Sequence record: NC_004629.1
Reading direction: 5' to 3' (one strand)
DNA: 64,000 bases
Position 1 is the stretch's first letter. The number at the start of each line of letters is the position of its first letter. Under the pieces are notes generated by a model. It had not been told where the DNA came from and did not search any database. It was given only the letters and a program-made list of their open reading frames with translations. This document shows, piece by piece, positions 10,543 to 20,495 of this stretch. A program made the translations under genes and the position numbers.

Positions 10543-11142
10543 ATGAAAAAACGTACCGCTTATATCGATCGTGCTAAATTCCGAGATTTTCTAGCCGAGA
10601 AAAAAATTAGCGTAAGTAGCCGACAGTGGATTGAAAAGAGCCACCCAGATCATAAAGAATATTACAAGGCAATCCTAGATTACGTCGTATCTAATGTAAA
10701 ATTCAAAGAAGAACGTTATATTGAAAAGGCAAATGAGGTTATTATTAATGGGTGTATTCGATATCATCTACCCATTCACGCTCAACGTGCACTAACTGTA
10801 GTTGAAGAAGAATTCATTAATAATGCTAGTCTTCAATTTACTTATCTGAATGATAATGATACTAATATTGCCAATATTAACTTTGAAGAAGTTCTTGATG
10901 CACAAGTAACTGAGAATGAAACTGAACTAAGACAAAGTTGGGAATATGTCAATTGTGATATCAACCCATCAGAATACTTTATTGATGTTGTTGATGTACC
11001 AGAAGAACTAATTCTTCGTCTATCTGTATTCCGTTTTGTACACAGTATCAAGAAACTGGAAGTAAAAGATAAGTTAGATCTTGCCGATGTTGTAGGTAAA
11101 GATCTAGTTATTGAAGATGGTAACGTTAAGGTTGTAGAATGA
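10543..11142 (+). CDS. hypothetical protein
   Basis: AGGA RBS. Confidence 0.8.
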   Translation: MKKRTAYIDRAKFRDFLAEKKISVSSRQWIEKSHPDHKEYYKAILDYVVSNVKFKEERYIEKANEVIINGCIRYHLPIHAQRALTVVEEEFINNASLQFTYLNDNDTNIANINFEEVLDAQVTENETELRQSWEYVNCDINPSEYFIDVVDVPEELILRLSVFRFVHSIKKLEVKDKLDLADVVGKDLVIEDGNVKVVE

Positions 11143-11195
11143 TTTAAGGCTATTTTAGTAGCTTTATATTCTGATCTTAGCAACCTAGGTACAAC

Positions 11196-11564
11196 GTGAT
11201 GCAATGTTTAACACACGTAATGAAGTTAGTGGCCGTATTAAGTACGTTGTTATACGTATCAAACCCACTAGCTGCATCGTTGGTAGTTGACGAGAATTAC
11301 TGTAATGGTGTTGCACTTATAGCACATGCCACAGCAGAAGCACGTCAGCGTAAAACACCCATTTTACAATGGGAAGAAAACCTACGATCCCTAAAAGGGT
11401 ACGGCGTGAAGAACAAAGATAACGTTCTTTACAATGTTCTCCCAGCAGCAATTAAAGAGGTGCACGTTGTGTATTCACGTAGACAAAGCCCACGTGATGC
11501 ATACGTTACATCATTTAAAACCTGTATGGATAACAACTACGGTAAAGCTGTGGTTGTAAAATAA
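11196..11564 (+). CDS. secreted two-Cys helical protein (family member)
   Basis: signal peptide ...SNPLAA; LVVDENYC ... C-terminal TCMDNNYG. Confidence 0.7.
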   Translation: MMQCLTHVMKLVAVLSTLLYVSNPLAASLVVDENYCNGVALIAHATAEARQRKTPILQWEENLRSLKGYGVKNKDNVLYNVLPAAIKEVHVVYSRRQSPRDAYVTSFKTCMDNNYGKAVVVK

Positions 11565-11599
11565 ATACCAGCCCTTCGGGGCTGGTTTATTTCATCTAG

Positions 11600-11917
11600 A
11601 TGAGAATCTGTGGGTTGCAAATGTATAAAGTATTTGTTATATCAATGATAACACTAACGGCTATATCAACATGTGTAACTTTCATTATTAATATAAAAAA
11701 TCATTATATTCACTGGATGGGTGTTTATAAGGTTAGATATGTATTAGATAAAATGCCCAATGGCATAAGTTATTTTTTCTATCAAAATGCTGTCCAAGAC
11801 ATTATAGATAAAGAATCATCTAAAATAACAAATCAACATATTTTTACATCTTTTATTTACGATATCAACTCATTGATTATATTAAAATGTAATAATAGGG
11901 AAACAGCAAATGAATGA
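11600..11917 (+). CDS. hypothetical membrane protein
   Basis: N-terminal TM helix. Confidence 0.55.
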   Translation: MRICGLQMYKVFVISMITLTAISTCVTFIINIKNHYIHWMGVYKVRYVLDKMPNGISYFFYQNAVQDIIDKESSKITNQHIFTSFIYDINSLIILKCNNRETANE

Positions 11918-12200
11918 TATCATGACAGTAATTATAGGTATTTTGTTTCTGATTATAATGATGGCTTTAATTAACTGGGGTTATTATGCCATCAAACACA
12001 CGATAAAGTGTAACAGGCTTTATAAAGAAGCACTATCAATTATTGACAATATGAGTGATGGTTTATCTGAATACCAGTATACAGTAGCTATTGGACGTTT
12101 ACGTAAAAAGGCATACTCTATCGACCATTTAACTGCTGTTAAAATGTTTGAAGCATTAGACTTAGTTATTAAAGATAAGTCAAGAAAGAAAAATAAATAA
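11910..12200 (+). CDS. hypothetical membrane protein
   Basis: N-terminal TM IMTVIIGILFLIIMMALI. Confidence 0.7.
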   Translation: MNDIMTVIIGILFLIIMMALINWGYYAIKHTIKCNRLYKEALSIIDNMSDGLSEYQYTVAIGRLRKKAYSIDHLTAVKMFEALDLVIKDKSRKKNK

Positions 12201-12208
12201 GCATAAAT

Positions 12209-12230
12209 AGGAGAGCTATTTAGCTCTCCT
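12209..12230 (+). terminator. intrinsic terminator
   Basis: aggagagctatttagctctcct followed by ttatt. Confidence 0.7.
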
Positions 12231-12233
12231 TTA

Positions 12234-12266
12234 TTGCATTAAATTTTTTTTGAAATCTATATTACA
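12234..12266 (+). promoter_or_regulatory. early promoter, class B context (TATATTAC 12258-12265)
   Basis: ttgcattaaatttttttgaaatcTATATTACa. Confidence 0.75.
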
Positions 12267-12474
12267 TATTTGGTCAAGTCATATCAAAATAGGTAGTTAT
12301 AATGCTAGCATTACATTCACTACTATTATTAGTTATAGTGATTTGTTATATAATTCATAAGTGGTTGTGGTATACTTTCAATATGTTTAAACTAAAAGAC
12401 ATTATTAAAAATAAAGACAATTTAACTAATGATGAACTATTAAAATTACTCATTGATAAAATAAAGGCAACCTA

Positions 12475-12942
12475 ATGTATCCATTCTTTACAGGTAATGA
12501 GAAAGTTACTGTAGATGTTCTTGATGATAAACATAATCTACATAGAAGTTGGACTGATTATAAACATCCCATCACGACGCGTGTGGACGGTAAACTAACC
12601 AATGTGTGGTATAAAGTTGAACCACCGATGAGTGCTAAGGATATTGAAAATAACTTTACAATTGACAAAGATAAAGTTAAATTATCTAATCGTTTGCACC
12701 AAGCTTTAGATGCAACGTTGATTAAAAATGAATTAGAAGAGTTTAACAAATTAATTGATCTATGCGTAAAACATGTTAATTCAGTTAGTATTCATCTAGG
12801 TCTTACTATTTGGAAATTAGCAGATACTGTAAAATATGAAAAAGCAGATTTAAAGAAACTATTTAATGCACATTATACCAAATCTACTGAACTTGTAAAA
12901 GAAAAGAATATAGTGCCCTCAGTAGAAGATATCTTCCTATAA
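12475..12942 (+). CDS. hypothetical protein
   Basis: 155 aa ORF. Confidence 0.75.
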   Translation: MYPFFTGNEKVTVDVLDDKHNLHRSWTDYKHPITTRVDGKLTNVWYKVEPPMSAKDIENNFTIDKDKVKLSNRLHQALDATLIKNELEEFNKLIDLCVKHVNSVSIHLGLTIWKLADTVKYEKADLKKLFNAHYTKSTELVKEKNIVPSVEDIFL

Positions 12943-12964
12943 TTTATTTAAAGGTAATACAAAT

Positions 12965-13873
12965 ATGCTAAAGGTAAAATCATTACTCACTGGCCATATT
13001 CTTCGAGCTACCTATGATTGGTTTCTTGAGAATAACTTCAGAGATATTCTAATTGTAGCACATACTCAATTAGTACCTGATTTATCTGAGGTAGCTCTAA
13101 AGCATGCGAAAGAAGATCACACTATCACTTTCAATATCCATCCACGCTGTGCAAAGAATTTTTATATCAGTGACGAATATATCTCTTTCAATGTAACAGT
13201 AAATGGAGTTGGGGTCAGTATTAAACTTCCTCTTTATGCAGTATTGGGTGTAGTTACACCTATTGATGATAATTCTAACGCATTCTTTGAAATGCCACTA
13301 GTAGATAGATATCTCAATGCAGATACTATTCGTGCAACATTAGAAGGAACTGTTAATAATGTAGTTGACAAAAACCCAGTATTAACTACCGTAGGTAATG
13401 TCACTGAGGTTAATTTTAAAAATAAAGCCGATACCACTAATGGTAAGTTAGTTGTAAGGAATACATCTGAGAATGAGCATGATCAGATGATTGAAAGCGC
13501 CATTAACAGAGTAACTGAATTTAGTAATCCAGAATTAGATGCACATATTAGAGTAGCGGTAACTGTAATTAAACAGAATGCACCAGAATTAATTATGGAT
13601 TGGTGTGAGCGGGTTATTAATTGTACACGTAATGAAAACTATCAGGATAACATCAATGTACTTATGATGGAACTCCTCAGTTACCCTATTTCAAATGTGG
13701 TTAGTGAATCAACTGTGGACTCGGGTGATAATACATCTAATTCATTTGACAATGATGTAAATAAGATGGTTGAGGATTTCAATAATTCTTCCAATTCGCA
13801 GGTTATTATTAATAAACCTTCTCGTCCTACCGGTACACCAAAACTCACTGTTATTAAAGGTGGTAAGAAATGA
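12965..13873 (+). CDS. sspB: SspB-like ClpXP adaptor with central insertion
   Basis: LRATYDWFLEN, ITFNIHPRC, YISFNVTVNG, LPLYAVLGV parallel the SspB core; C-terminal PKLTVIKGGKK resembles the SspB ClpX-binding tail (RPALRVVK). Confidence 0.75.
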   Translation: MLKVKSLLTGHILRATYDWFLENNFRDILIVAHTQLVPDLSEVALKHAKEDHTITFNIHPRCAKNFYISDEYISFNVTVNGVGVSIKLPLYAVLGVVTPIDDNSNAFFEMPLVDRYLNADTIRATLEGTVNNVVDKNPVLTTVGNVTEVNFKNKADTTNGKLVVRNTSENEHDQMIESAINRVTEFSNPELDAHIRVAVTVIKQNAPELIMDWCERVINCTRNENYQDNINVLMMELLSYPISNVVSESTVDSGDNTSNSFDNDVNKMVEDFNNSSNSQVIINKPSRPTGTPKLTVIKGGKK

Positions 13874-14127
13874 ATGCAACTTTAGCAATTCTTTTTAGTA
13901 GTATCAGTATCGCTGGTTATCAAGCCAATGGTGCATCGTAGTCAACCGCTGAGTTCTCTGACATGGCTACTTGTTTTAGCGCGATTGAGCGCATTCAAAA
14001 ACTAGCTAAAGCAAGTGCTATTCGTAATAATGTAGAGACTGTAAAAATCAGTGATGGTGTTCTATTACGTTATTTTTCTTCTAGTACTAGTAAAGTAGAA
14101 CATACTCTAATCTGTGTAAATAAATAG
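13870..14127 (+). pseudogene. small secreted protein interrupted by in-frame TAG at 13939-13941
   Basis: MNATLAILFSSISIAGYQANGAS*STAEFSDMATCFSAIERIQK...LICVNK; frame stays open on both sides of the stop. Confidence 0.6.
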
Positions 14128-14135
14128 GTACGGAT

Positions 14136-14843
14136 ATGTCTGAGAAAATGTATTTATCTTTTTCTGGAATTGGACACAATGACGTAATCAAACAAGATCT
14201 TAATGGATTCGTTCCAATGGATGTATCAACTATTGATAATGAAGTGGCTGATCGATTATTTTATACTCCATTCAATAGTTCTGAACCAGGTACCTCATTA
14301 CCTAATGTTGCTAATGTGGTATTCAAGGTATTACCTATCCATATCGAGGATAACACTATCTGTGTTTTAGATAGTTGTTCTAGTACCGAATACTCATTGA
14401 ATGACTTAGTTGATACCAGTGTCTCATCATTAGAAACATATGGTCCATTAATAGATTTACGTAGTAGTGATCCAATTGAGACATATGCTAATCAGGCAGT
14501 GTATACTTGGTTAAATAAGAATATCTGTGATATCGAATTTGAAGTACATGGCGGGCTGCAAGTGCAACTAACTGCTGACCAAGTGCGTTCCAATGTTAAT
14601 GCATTTGTAGCAGGTATTGATCTTGACATCGACGATAAATTGATGGTATATGTGGTGATTAAAATCAATGATCGTTTATACGATGCTTGGTCTAGTCAAC
14701 ATGTGGTGGAACCATTAACAATGTATCATGTGCAAGGTGGTCATGAGCCTATTGTCTATAGTGAGACCCATATTGAAAATAGCCTATTGCGATATGCTAA
14801 AGAGAAAGGTTGGGCTGAAATTTTGACTCGTATTGGTCTGTAA
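14136..14843 (+). CDS. hypothetical protein
   Basis: 235 aa ORF. Confidence 0.8.
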   Translation: MSEKMYLSFSGIGHNDVIKQDLNGFVPMDVSTIDNEVADRLFYTPFNSSEPGTSLPNVANVVFKVLPIHIEDNTICVLDSCSSTEYSLNDLVDTSVSSLETYGPLIDLRSSDPIETYANQAVYTWLNKNICDIEFEVHGGLQVQLTADQVRSNVNAFVAGIDLDIDDKLMVYVVIKINDRLYDAWSSQHVVEPLTMYHVQGGHEPIVYSETHIENSLLRYAKEKGWAEILTRIGL

Positions 14844-14948
14844 TAAAAATACTTCTTATAGACTAATAATATAGGTAAGATACTAGCCGATTGGTTAGTT
14901 GCGCTTAGGGAGTCCTTCGGGACTCCCGTATATCGTCTAGGAGGTTTT

Positions 14949-15242
14949 ATGTATACAGTTACACTTGAACAAGTAGGACACCGTATACCGTCTAGTTTAA
15001 GTGCTTTTGTAATTAGACCGTTTGAAAATACCATTACGCATAATGATACGTCTTATTACTTGATCATGGGTAAAGATGATTTCGATAACATGCACATGGA
15101 ATGGCGAGATGTAGCTGTAGTTGATAGTCAAGCCGTTATAGTTGCTACATACACTCCATCGAAAAACTCATTTAATCTTGTAAAAAATGAATTAGGTATT
15201 CCAGTTAATATCAAATACAAACGGATAGAGGTTGATCTATGA
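14949..15242 (+). CDS. hypothetical protein
   Basis: AGGAGG RBS. Confidence 0.8.
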   Translation: MYTVTLEQVGHRIPSSLSAFVIRPFENTITHNDTSYYLIMGKDDFDNMHMEWRDVAVVDSQAVIVATYTPSKNSFNLVKNELGIPVNIKYKRIEVDL

Positions 15243-15269
15243 TTACCAGTAAGGTTAGAGGAATGAAGT

Positions 15270-15470
15270 ATGGATCGTCTTGATGAAAGAATCGCATTCA
15301 GTGTAAAGTCGTACAAAATTTTCAATGCTCTCTCCCATGGCCGAGTTCGGGCATTGATTATTAACTTTAAAGATGGTAAGGGTACGATCGTATCTATTAG
15401 TGATGATCGCCGCCATGATAAACATCTCTGGTTCAACTGTGGACTAGTAGACAATCCGAGGATCAAGTAA
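15270..15470 (+). CDS. hypothetical protein
   Basis: GAGGA RBS; TAATG coupling to thyA. Confidence 0.65.
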   Translation: MDRLDERIAFSVKSYKIFNALSHGRVRALIINFKDGKGTIVSISDDRRHDKHLWFNCGLVDNPRIK

Positions 15471-16936
15471 TGGAACAATATCTTAATTCAATCCGTTTAG
15501 TTAAAGAACACGGTGTACATAAAGGTGACCGTACTGGTACTGGTACTCAGAGCATGTTTGGTCAACAAGAACGTTATAGTCTGCGTAATAATCGGCTACC
15601 AGTTGTAACCACCAAGAAGATTCATCTAGCTTCTGTAATTCATGAATTGTTCTGGATGCTGTCAGGTGATACTAAGGTGGATTACCTGATCGCTAATGGT
15701 GTACGCATCTGGAACGAGTGGGTTAAACCTGAAACCGCAGTATATGAGCCGATGACCGATGAGGCCGTTCTTAAAGCAGTAACTGCCCTCATTGGTGCCC
15801 CATTCGTAATGTACTTACATTGTATGAACGATGACTCTACTCCATTCATTGAGACTGTAGCGGAATTCGAGTCGGGTATGACTCCAGAGACTATTCAGGC
15901 CTTCTGGGATGAATATCCAGTTAACCGTGAGGAAATCCAATACATCATTGGAGTTAGCGTAACGTCGTGGAATAGGTTCGCTACTGAAGGGTTCGATGAA
16001 GCCAAAAATCCTGAAGGTATTCGTGCTGAATATAACAAGCGACTGTATCGTGCTTTGATGCATAAAGAACCAGAGCGTCTGGTCGGCGGCGATCTAGGTG
16101 CTGTTTACGGTAAGACATGGCGTAATCTTGAAGACACTCGTGTAATCCCTAAATATGAGTGGTTTGATTATGAGAAGCGTGGTTTTGACTTCGTGGCGGA
16201 TATCCCAGGTACAACCATGGAAACCGATAGATGCGTGGTTACTCGACGTATCGACCAAATCCAAGACATCATCGATCAACTTCGCACCAACCCGGATTCT
16301 CGTCGGATCATTGTTTGTGCATGGGCGCCACATCTTATTGATGAGCAGGCACTCCCACCTTGCCACGCATTTATTCAGTTCTGGACCCGTGAACTGACCG
16401 TAGATGAACGAGTGCAAGCTCTAGACCAAACCCAGTTCGAAGCTGATGCTTATCATGATAAGATTAGTGGTGAGATTACTCGTGGTCAACCTCCATTCGA
16501 TAGTGCTGAGCAGGTTAAAGCACTTCTGCGTGTCTGTCGTGGTTATGAAAAGGCTACAGATGAAGCAGTAGTAGAATGGCTGGATCAACATGGTGCTCCG
16601 AAACGAGCCATCAGTTGTCAACTCTATCAAAGATCTTGTGATACTTTCTTAGGAAAACCCTTTAACATCACGTTCTATAGTCTGCTGACTCACATGTTAG
16701 CTAACCAAATGAATATGATTGCTGAAGAGTTTATCTGGACTGGTGGTGATGTACATATTTACTCTAATCACCAAGAACAGACTGATCTTCAATTAACTCG
16801 TGAACCGAAGGTTCTACCAACTATTCGTTTCAAACAAGAAGCTATTGGTAAAGATATTCGGGAAATTGGTGTAGATGATTTTGTTATCGAAAACTACGAA
16901 TATCATTCACACATTGCTGGTAAAGTTGCTGTCTAA
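15470..16936 (+). CDS. thyA: thymidylate synthase with large insertions
   Basis: DRTGTGT, PVVTTKK, ELFWMLSG, DLGAVYG, NPDSRRII, catalytic PPCH, YQRSCD, PFN, GDVHIYSNH. Confidence 0.95.
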   Translation: MEQYLNSIRLVKEHGVHKGDRTGTGTQSMFGQQERYSLRNNRLPVVTTKKIHLASVIHELFWMLSGDTKVDYLIANGVRIWNEWVKPETAVYEPMTDEAVLKAVTALIGAPFVMYLHCMNDDSTPFIETVAEFESGMTPETIQAFWDEYPVNREEIQYIIGVSVTSWNRFATEGFDEAKNPEGIRAEYNKRLYRALMHKEPERLVGGDLGAVYGKTWRNLEDTRVIPKYEWFDYEKRGFDFVADIPGTTMETDRCVVTRRIDQIQDIIDQLRTNPDSRRIIVCAWAPHLIDEQALPPCHAFIQFWTRELTVDERVQALDQTQFEADAYHDKISGEITRGQPPFDSAEQVKALLRVCRGYEKATDEAVVEWLDQHGAPKRAISCQLYQRSCDTFLGKPFNITFYSLLTHMLANQMNMIAEEFIWTGGDVHIYSNHQEQTDLQLTREPKVLPTIRFKQEAIGKDIREIGVDDFVIENYEYHSHIAGKVAV

Positions 16937-16943
16937 CATAAAT

Positions 16944-16961
16944 GCCTCCCTTTGGGGAGGC
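16944..16961 (+). terminator. intrinsic terminator
   Basis: gcctccctttggggaggc + tttattt. Confidence 0.75.
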
Positions 16962-17069
16962 TTTATTTCCCTATGGTTCATTTGGGATATTCAGCGAATA
17001 CTACTATGCACAGACTCCTGCCTAGTGGACCGATGTAGTACGTAAATACAATACAAAGGAATTTGTCCT

Positions 17070-17477
17070 ATGAACAACACTGAACTGAAGCGTCAACTTG
17101 AAATGGTTATTGAACTGATGGGGGTCTTTCCTGATCCTCTCACGATCGGTATCGCCGGTAATAGAGTAACCAAAGAAACTCGCTGTAGCCTTTTTAACGG
17201 AAAAGATCCAGGTGAAGAGTTTAGTATTGGTCTTGGTATCAGTAGTCGCAAGCAATGGTTGAAGCTTGCAGATCATGCACTGATTCTTACTAAGCCCGAG
17301 AAAGAGCCTATTGTCATCCCGTACGAGGCTATATGCGAACTATCGGCACCACTGAAATTCGAAGAGGAACTTGTGAGCAAAGGTTGGTTTGTATACAACT
17401 TGCTGGGTACATCGATGTTCATGTATCTGGACACAGGTAAAGAAGAAAAACTCAAATTTGAAAAGGTTGGTGGATAA
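17070..17477 (+). CDS. hypothetical protein
   Basis: AAGGA RBS; coupled to the next gene. Confidence 0.75.
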   Translation: MNNTELKRQLEMVIELMGVFPDPLTIGIAGNRVTKETRCSLFNGKDPGEEFSIGLGISSRKQWLKLADHALILTKPEKEPIVIPYEAICELSAPLKFEEELVSKGWFVYNLLGTSMFMYLDTGKEEKLKFEKVGG

Positions 17478-18310
17478 TGGATCAACGTCATCCAGTTAAC
17501 GATGAGATGCGGGTAACGATTAATGTAGAACTAGACCGTATCGAAAAGAAATATGGTGTAAAGATTATTTATGCTTGTGAGTCCGGTAGTCGTGGATGGG
17601 GCTTTGCTTCAACCAATAGTGACTATGACGTTCGTTTCATTTACGTTAACCATCCGAGTCATTATGTTCGTGTGGATAATGAAGCACGTGATACTATTGA
17701 AGAGATGGTGTCTAAAGAACTAGACCTAGCTGGTTGGAGTATCACTAAGACTCTTCAGCTTGCTTACAAGTCTAACCCCACTCTCTTGGAATGGCTAAAC
17801 TCCCCAATCGTTTACCGTAAGGTTGATCGGGACTACAAGTTAATCCGTGATGCTGCGCTAAAGCACTTCATCCCTGAATCGAGTTACATGCATTATATCT
17901 CGATGGCCAAACAAACCAAAATGCGTTGGTTGTCAGATGAGAAAGTCCGGATGAAGAAATACTTCTATTCTCTTCGTCCTCTGTTGGCTGCAATGTGGGT
18001 CCGTGAAAGTCTGGAACATCCACCGATGGTATTCCATGATCTACTGCCTCTTCTAACAGATCCTATCCTTTATAAACGTATCCAAGAACTGGTTAATGAT
18101 AAGGTTGGGGCTACTGAACAGGATCTGATAGATCGTTGCCCTATATTAGATCAGTTCATCGATTTTCAATTGAGTCGTGAGAAACCAGACTTCGGTAAAT
18201 ACGAACGTCCGGACATCTATGCACTTACCGATCTAGCCTGGCATTTTGTTGACCAGTACAAGATCGACACATTCGCGAAACTACAGGGCATCGAACGAAG
18301 AAAATATTAG
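17477..18310 (+). CDS. pol-beta superfamily nucleotidyltransferase (YcgL/RlaP-like)
   Basis: YACESGSRGWGFASTNSDYDVRFIY (GS...DxD), WLNSPIVY, KKYFYSLRPLLA. Confidence 0.85.
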   Translation: MDQRHPVNDEMRVTINVELDRIEKKYGVKIIYACESGSRGWGFASTNSDYDVRFIYVNHPSHYVRVDNEARDTIEEMVSKELDLAGWSITKTLQLAYKSNPTLLEWLNSPIVYRKVDRDYKLIRDAALKHFIPESSYMHYISMAKQTKMRWLSDEKVRMKKYFYSLRPLLAAMWVRESLEHPPMVFHDLLPLLTDPILYKRIQELVNDKVGATEQDLIDRCPILDQFIDFQLSREKPDFGKYERPDIYALTDLAWHFVDQYKIDTFAKLQGIERRKY

Positions 18311-18359
18311 TCAATAAAGAAAAAAGTTTAATACCATCTTATTAAAAGGAAAATATTTT

Positions 18360-18860
18360 ATGCTATTTAAAGATGAACTATGCATCGAAAATATCTTAGT
18401 AAAAGAAAAACTATATCTAGTTAAAAATATTGGTCGGACTCGTGAGGTATATCCTAATCCAGAAGTAATGTATAAGGATATTAAGAAGTTCACTAAAACG
18501 TATGGTGTGATTCCAATGCAGTTCTTAGGGCCACTACTTCATGAAATCGTTGAACGAGAAGATTTCGCCCTAAGAGAAAAAGAAGCACAGAAATTCATTG
18601 ATAATAATCCTTATACTTTAGTTGAACCTATCGGTAATATTCATCTTGACTACGTTATTCGTAATTATATTATCCCAACTACTACTGATCCAGATTGTAA
18701 TAAATTCACTATTAATCTTTATAAGTATAAAGAATTTTTAGAAGAGGTTACTAATAGGTTAAACATGCGACCTTTTTGGGCTGGCTGGATGCCTAATCGT
18801 AATTACTTACTGGCGATGCGTGAACGTCTACTTACCATCCAGGATATTGTGGAAAATTAA
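18360..18860 (+). CDS. hypothetical protein
   Basis: AAGGA RBS. Confidence 0.75.
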   Translation: MLFKDELCIENILVKEKLYLVKNIGRTREVYPNPEVMYKDIKKFTKTYGVIPMQFLGPLLHEIVEREDFALREKEAQKFIDNNPYTLVEPIGNIHLDYVIRNYIIPTTTDPDCNKFTINLYKYKEFLEEVTNRLNMRPFWAGWMPNRNYLLAMRERLLTIQDIVEN

Positions 18861-18959
18861 TGAAGTTTAGAATGTTAAAAGTTAATGTATTCAATTTACT
18901 CTACTACATACTTTACCCTACTCCATATTGGGGTAGGGGTATTAAGGTGGGGTATAAAT

Positions 18960-19253
18960 ATGTCAAGCAACAAACTATCTGCACAACTTAATCGTCATCA
19001 CAATACTCGTATAGTTAATTATTATGTTTCACTAGCCGCGAGTCGTTATAATGACACTAATCCTTCAGCAAAGGCTAAAGGTAAATGGCGTAAACATAAT
19101 CCGTTTAACTGCGGTAGGTCTCGTTGTATGCTATGTGGTAATCCGCGTAAACATTGGAATAGGATTACTCTTAATGAATTAAAAATAAATATTTCATTAA
19201 AAGAGCAACTCAATGATCTTTATGTAGATTATACTACGCTGGCTGAGGATTAA
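18960..19253 (+). CDS. hypothetical basic Cys/His protein (possible Zn ribbon)
   Basis: ATG 18960 after GGGG RBS; CGRSRCMLCGNPRKH. Confidence 0.65.
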   Translation: MSSNKLSAQLNRHHNTRIVNYYVSLAASRYNDTNPSAKAKGKWRKHNPFNCGRSRCMLCGNPRKHWNRITLNELKINISLKEQLNDLYVDYTTLAED

Positions 19254-19324
19254 ATTATGCATGAAGAATATGAAGCAATTTAATAGTTTAGATTAACCAT
19301 TCGAAATAAATTTGGAATTAGCAA

Positions 19325-19447
19325 ATGAAAGTTAAAAATAAGCAACAGCCTAAGTTTGTCAATCTAGCTACTATGCAAGCTGCTTGGCGGCTTAATAATG
19401 CAGAACTCAAAGCTAAACGTGAAGCTAAAGAGAAACAAAAAGAGTAA
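19325..19447 (+). CDS. small basic protein, 40 aa (not in ORF track)
   Basis: MKVKNKQQPKFVNLATMQAAWRLNNAELKAKREAKEKQKE; followed by a hairpin terminator. Confidence 0.5.
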   Translation: MKVKNKQQPKFVNLATMQAAWRLNNAELKAKREAKEKQKE

Positions 19448-19534
19448 AACTATTTAGTTGCATAAAGAGAGAGGATAAATTCCTCTCTCTTTTTATGTTG
19501 TTTTATAATTTGTATACTACAGGTATATTTCAAT

Positions 19535-19951
19535 ATGGAATCTTATTTACACATACCACTACTGAATGCAGCTATTCATGCAATGCATAATGAAATGATG
19601 CGTATTCTATCATCGAAGTATTCTTTAAATAAACTGCCGCAAATTTTAAATAAAAAATACTATATTGGGGATGATGTATTTTTTAATATAGCTTGTAACA
19701 TGGTGAATCATACGCCTAATTTAATTACAACTACAATTGAAGTTGAGGCATACATTCCGGATTTATCCATATCTGAATATATGTATCGCTTTATTCTTTC
19801 TAACACTTATATAAAAAATAATGATCTAATATCAATAGCCAATGGAACTATTCAACTAAGTATTAAAGATAATTATGAACTAGATAGAAATATCCTAACT
19901 GATATGTTTGTTCTTTATTCTCAGATCACTGAACCTAAAGAGGATTTTTAA
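19535..19951 (+). CDS. hypothetical protein
   Basis: AGGT RBS. Confidence 0.7.
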   Translation: MESYLHIPLLNAAIHAMHNEMMRILSSKYSLNKLPQILNKKYYIGDDVFFNIACNMVNHTPNLITTTIEVEAYIPDLSISEYMYRFILSNTYIKNNDLISIANGTIQLSIKDNYELDRNILTDMFVLYSQITEPKEDF

Positions 19952-19952
19952 G

Positions 19953-20435
19953 ATGATTGAGCATTTAAATAAAGATAACTTCTTTTCATGGGGTGCTGTA
20001 GTAGGCGGTGTGCTATTACAGTATTTTGAAAATGGTAAACTTGAAGGTGGGTATGATATATCTAAATTCAGTGATTATGCCAACGGCCTAGTTATTACAG
20101 GTGGTATAACTCATCGAAAAAATATCGGGATCCTGAGTGGTCAAGGTGATGATGAAGATCTGTTTTTAGTATTTGTCATAAGTAATACAGATAGTCCACA
20201 TGTTGTATGGTATTATGATATTTATAAAGATAATGAAGGTATTTGTTTTACAAATGCTTCGCCTACTAGTGGTCGTATTTTTAAATCAAATACTGATGAA
20301 AATAATGACCTGTCGATAAGTCAATTACTTAAAGTAGTTAAATACTTAGTAGATGAACGAGTTCGTTTAAATAAAAATATAGTTAATTCATCAGGTTATG
20401 AAATCATTGAAGAAGATAAAGACTTTCAACTATAA
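19953..20435 (+). CDS. hypothetical protein
   Basis: ATG 19953 after GAGGA. Confidence 0.7.
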   Translation: MIEHLNKDNFFSWGAVVGGVLLQYFENGKLEGGYDISKFSDYANGLVITGGITHRKNIGILSGQGDDEDLFLVFVISNTDSPHVVWYYDIYKDNEGICFTNASPTSGRIFKSNTDENNDLSISQLLKVVKYLVDERVRLNKNIVNSSGYEIIEEDKDFQL

Positions 20436-20463
20436 TAGGTCTTTTACAAAGTTACCATAAAGT

Positions 20464-20479
20464 CCTCCCTTCGGGGAGG
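20464..20479 (+). terminator. intrinsic terminator
   Basis: cctcccttcggggagg + ctttat. Confidence 0.7.
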
Positions 20480-20495
20480 CTTTATATTGTGTTTT

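Noticed and set aside
15725-16603. Intein or intron within thyA
   Set aside because: Frame is continuous; inserts lack the N-terminal Cys/Ser and C-terminal His-Asn splice motifs and any LAGLIDADG/HNH motif.
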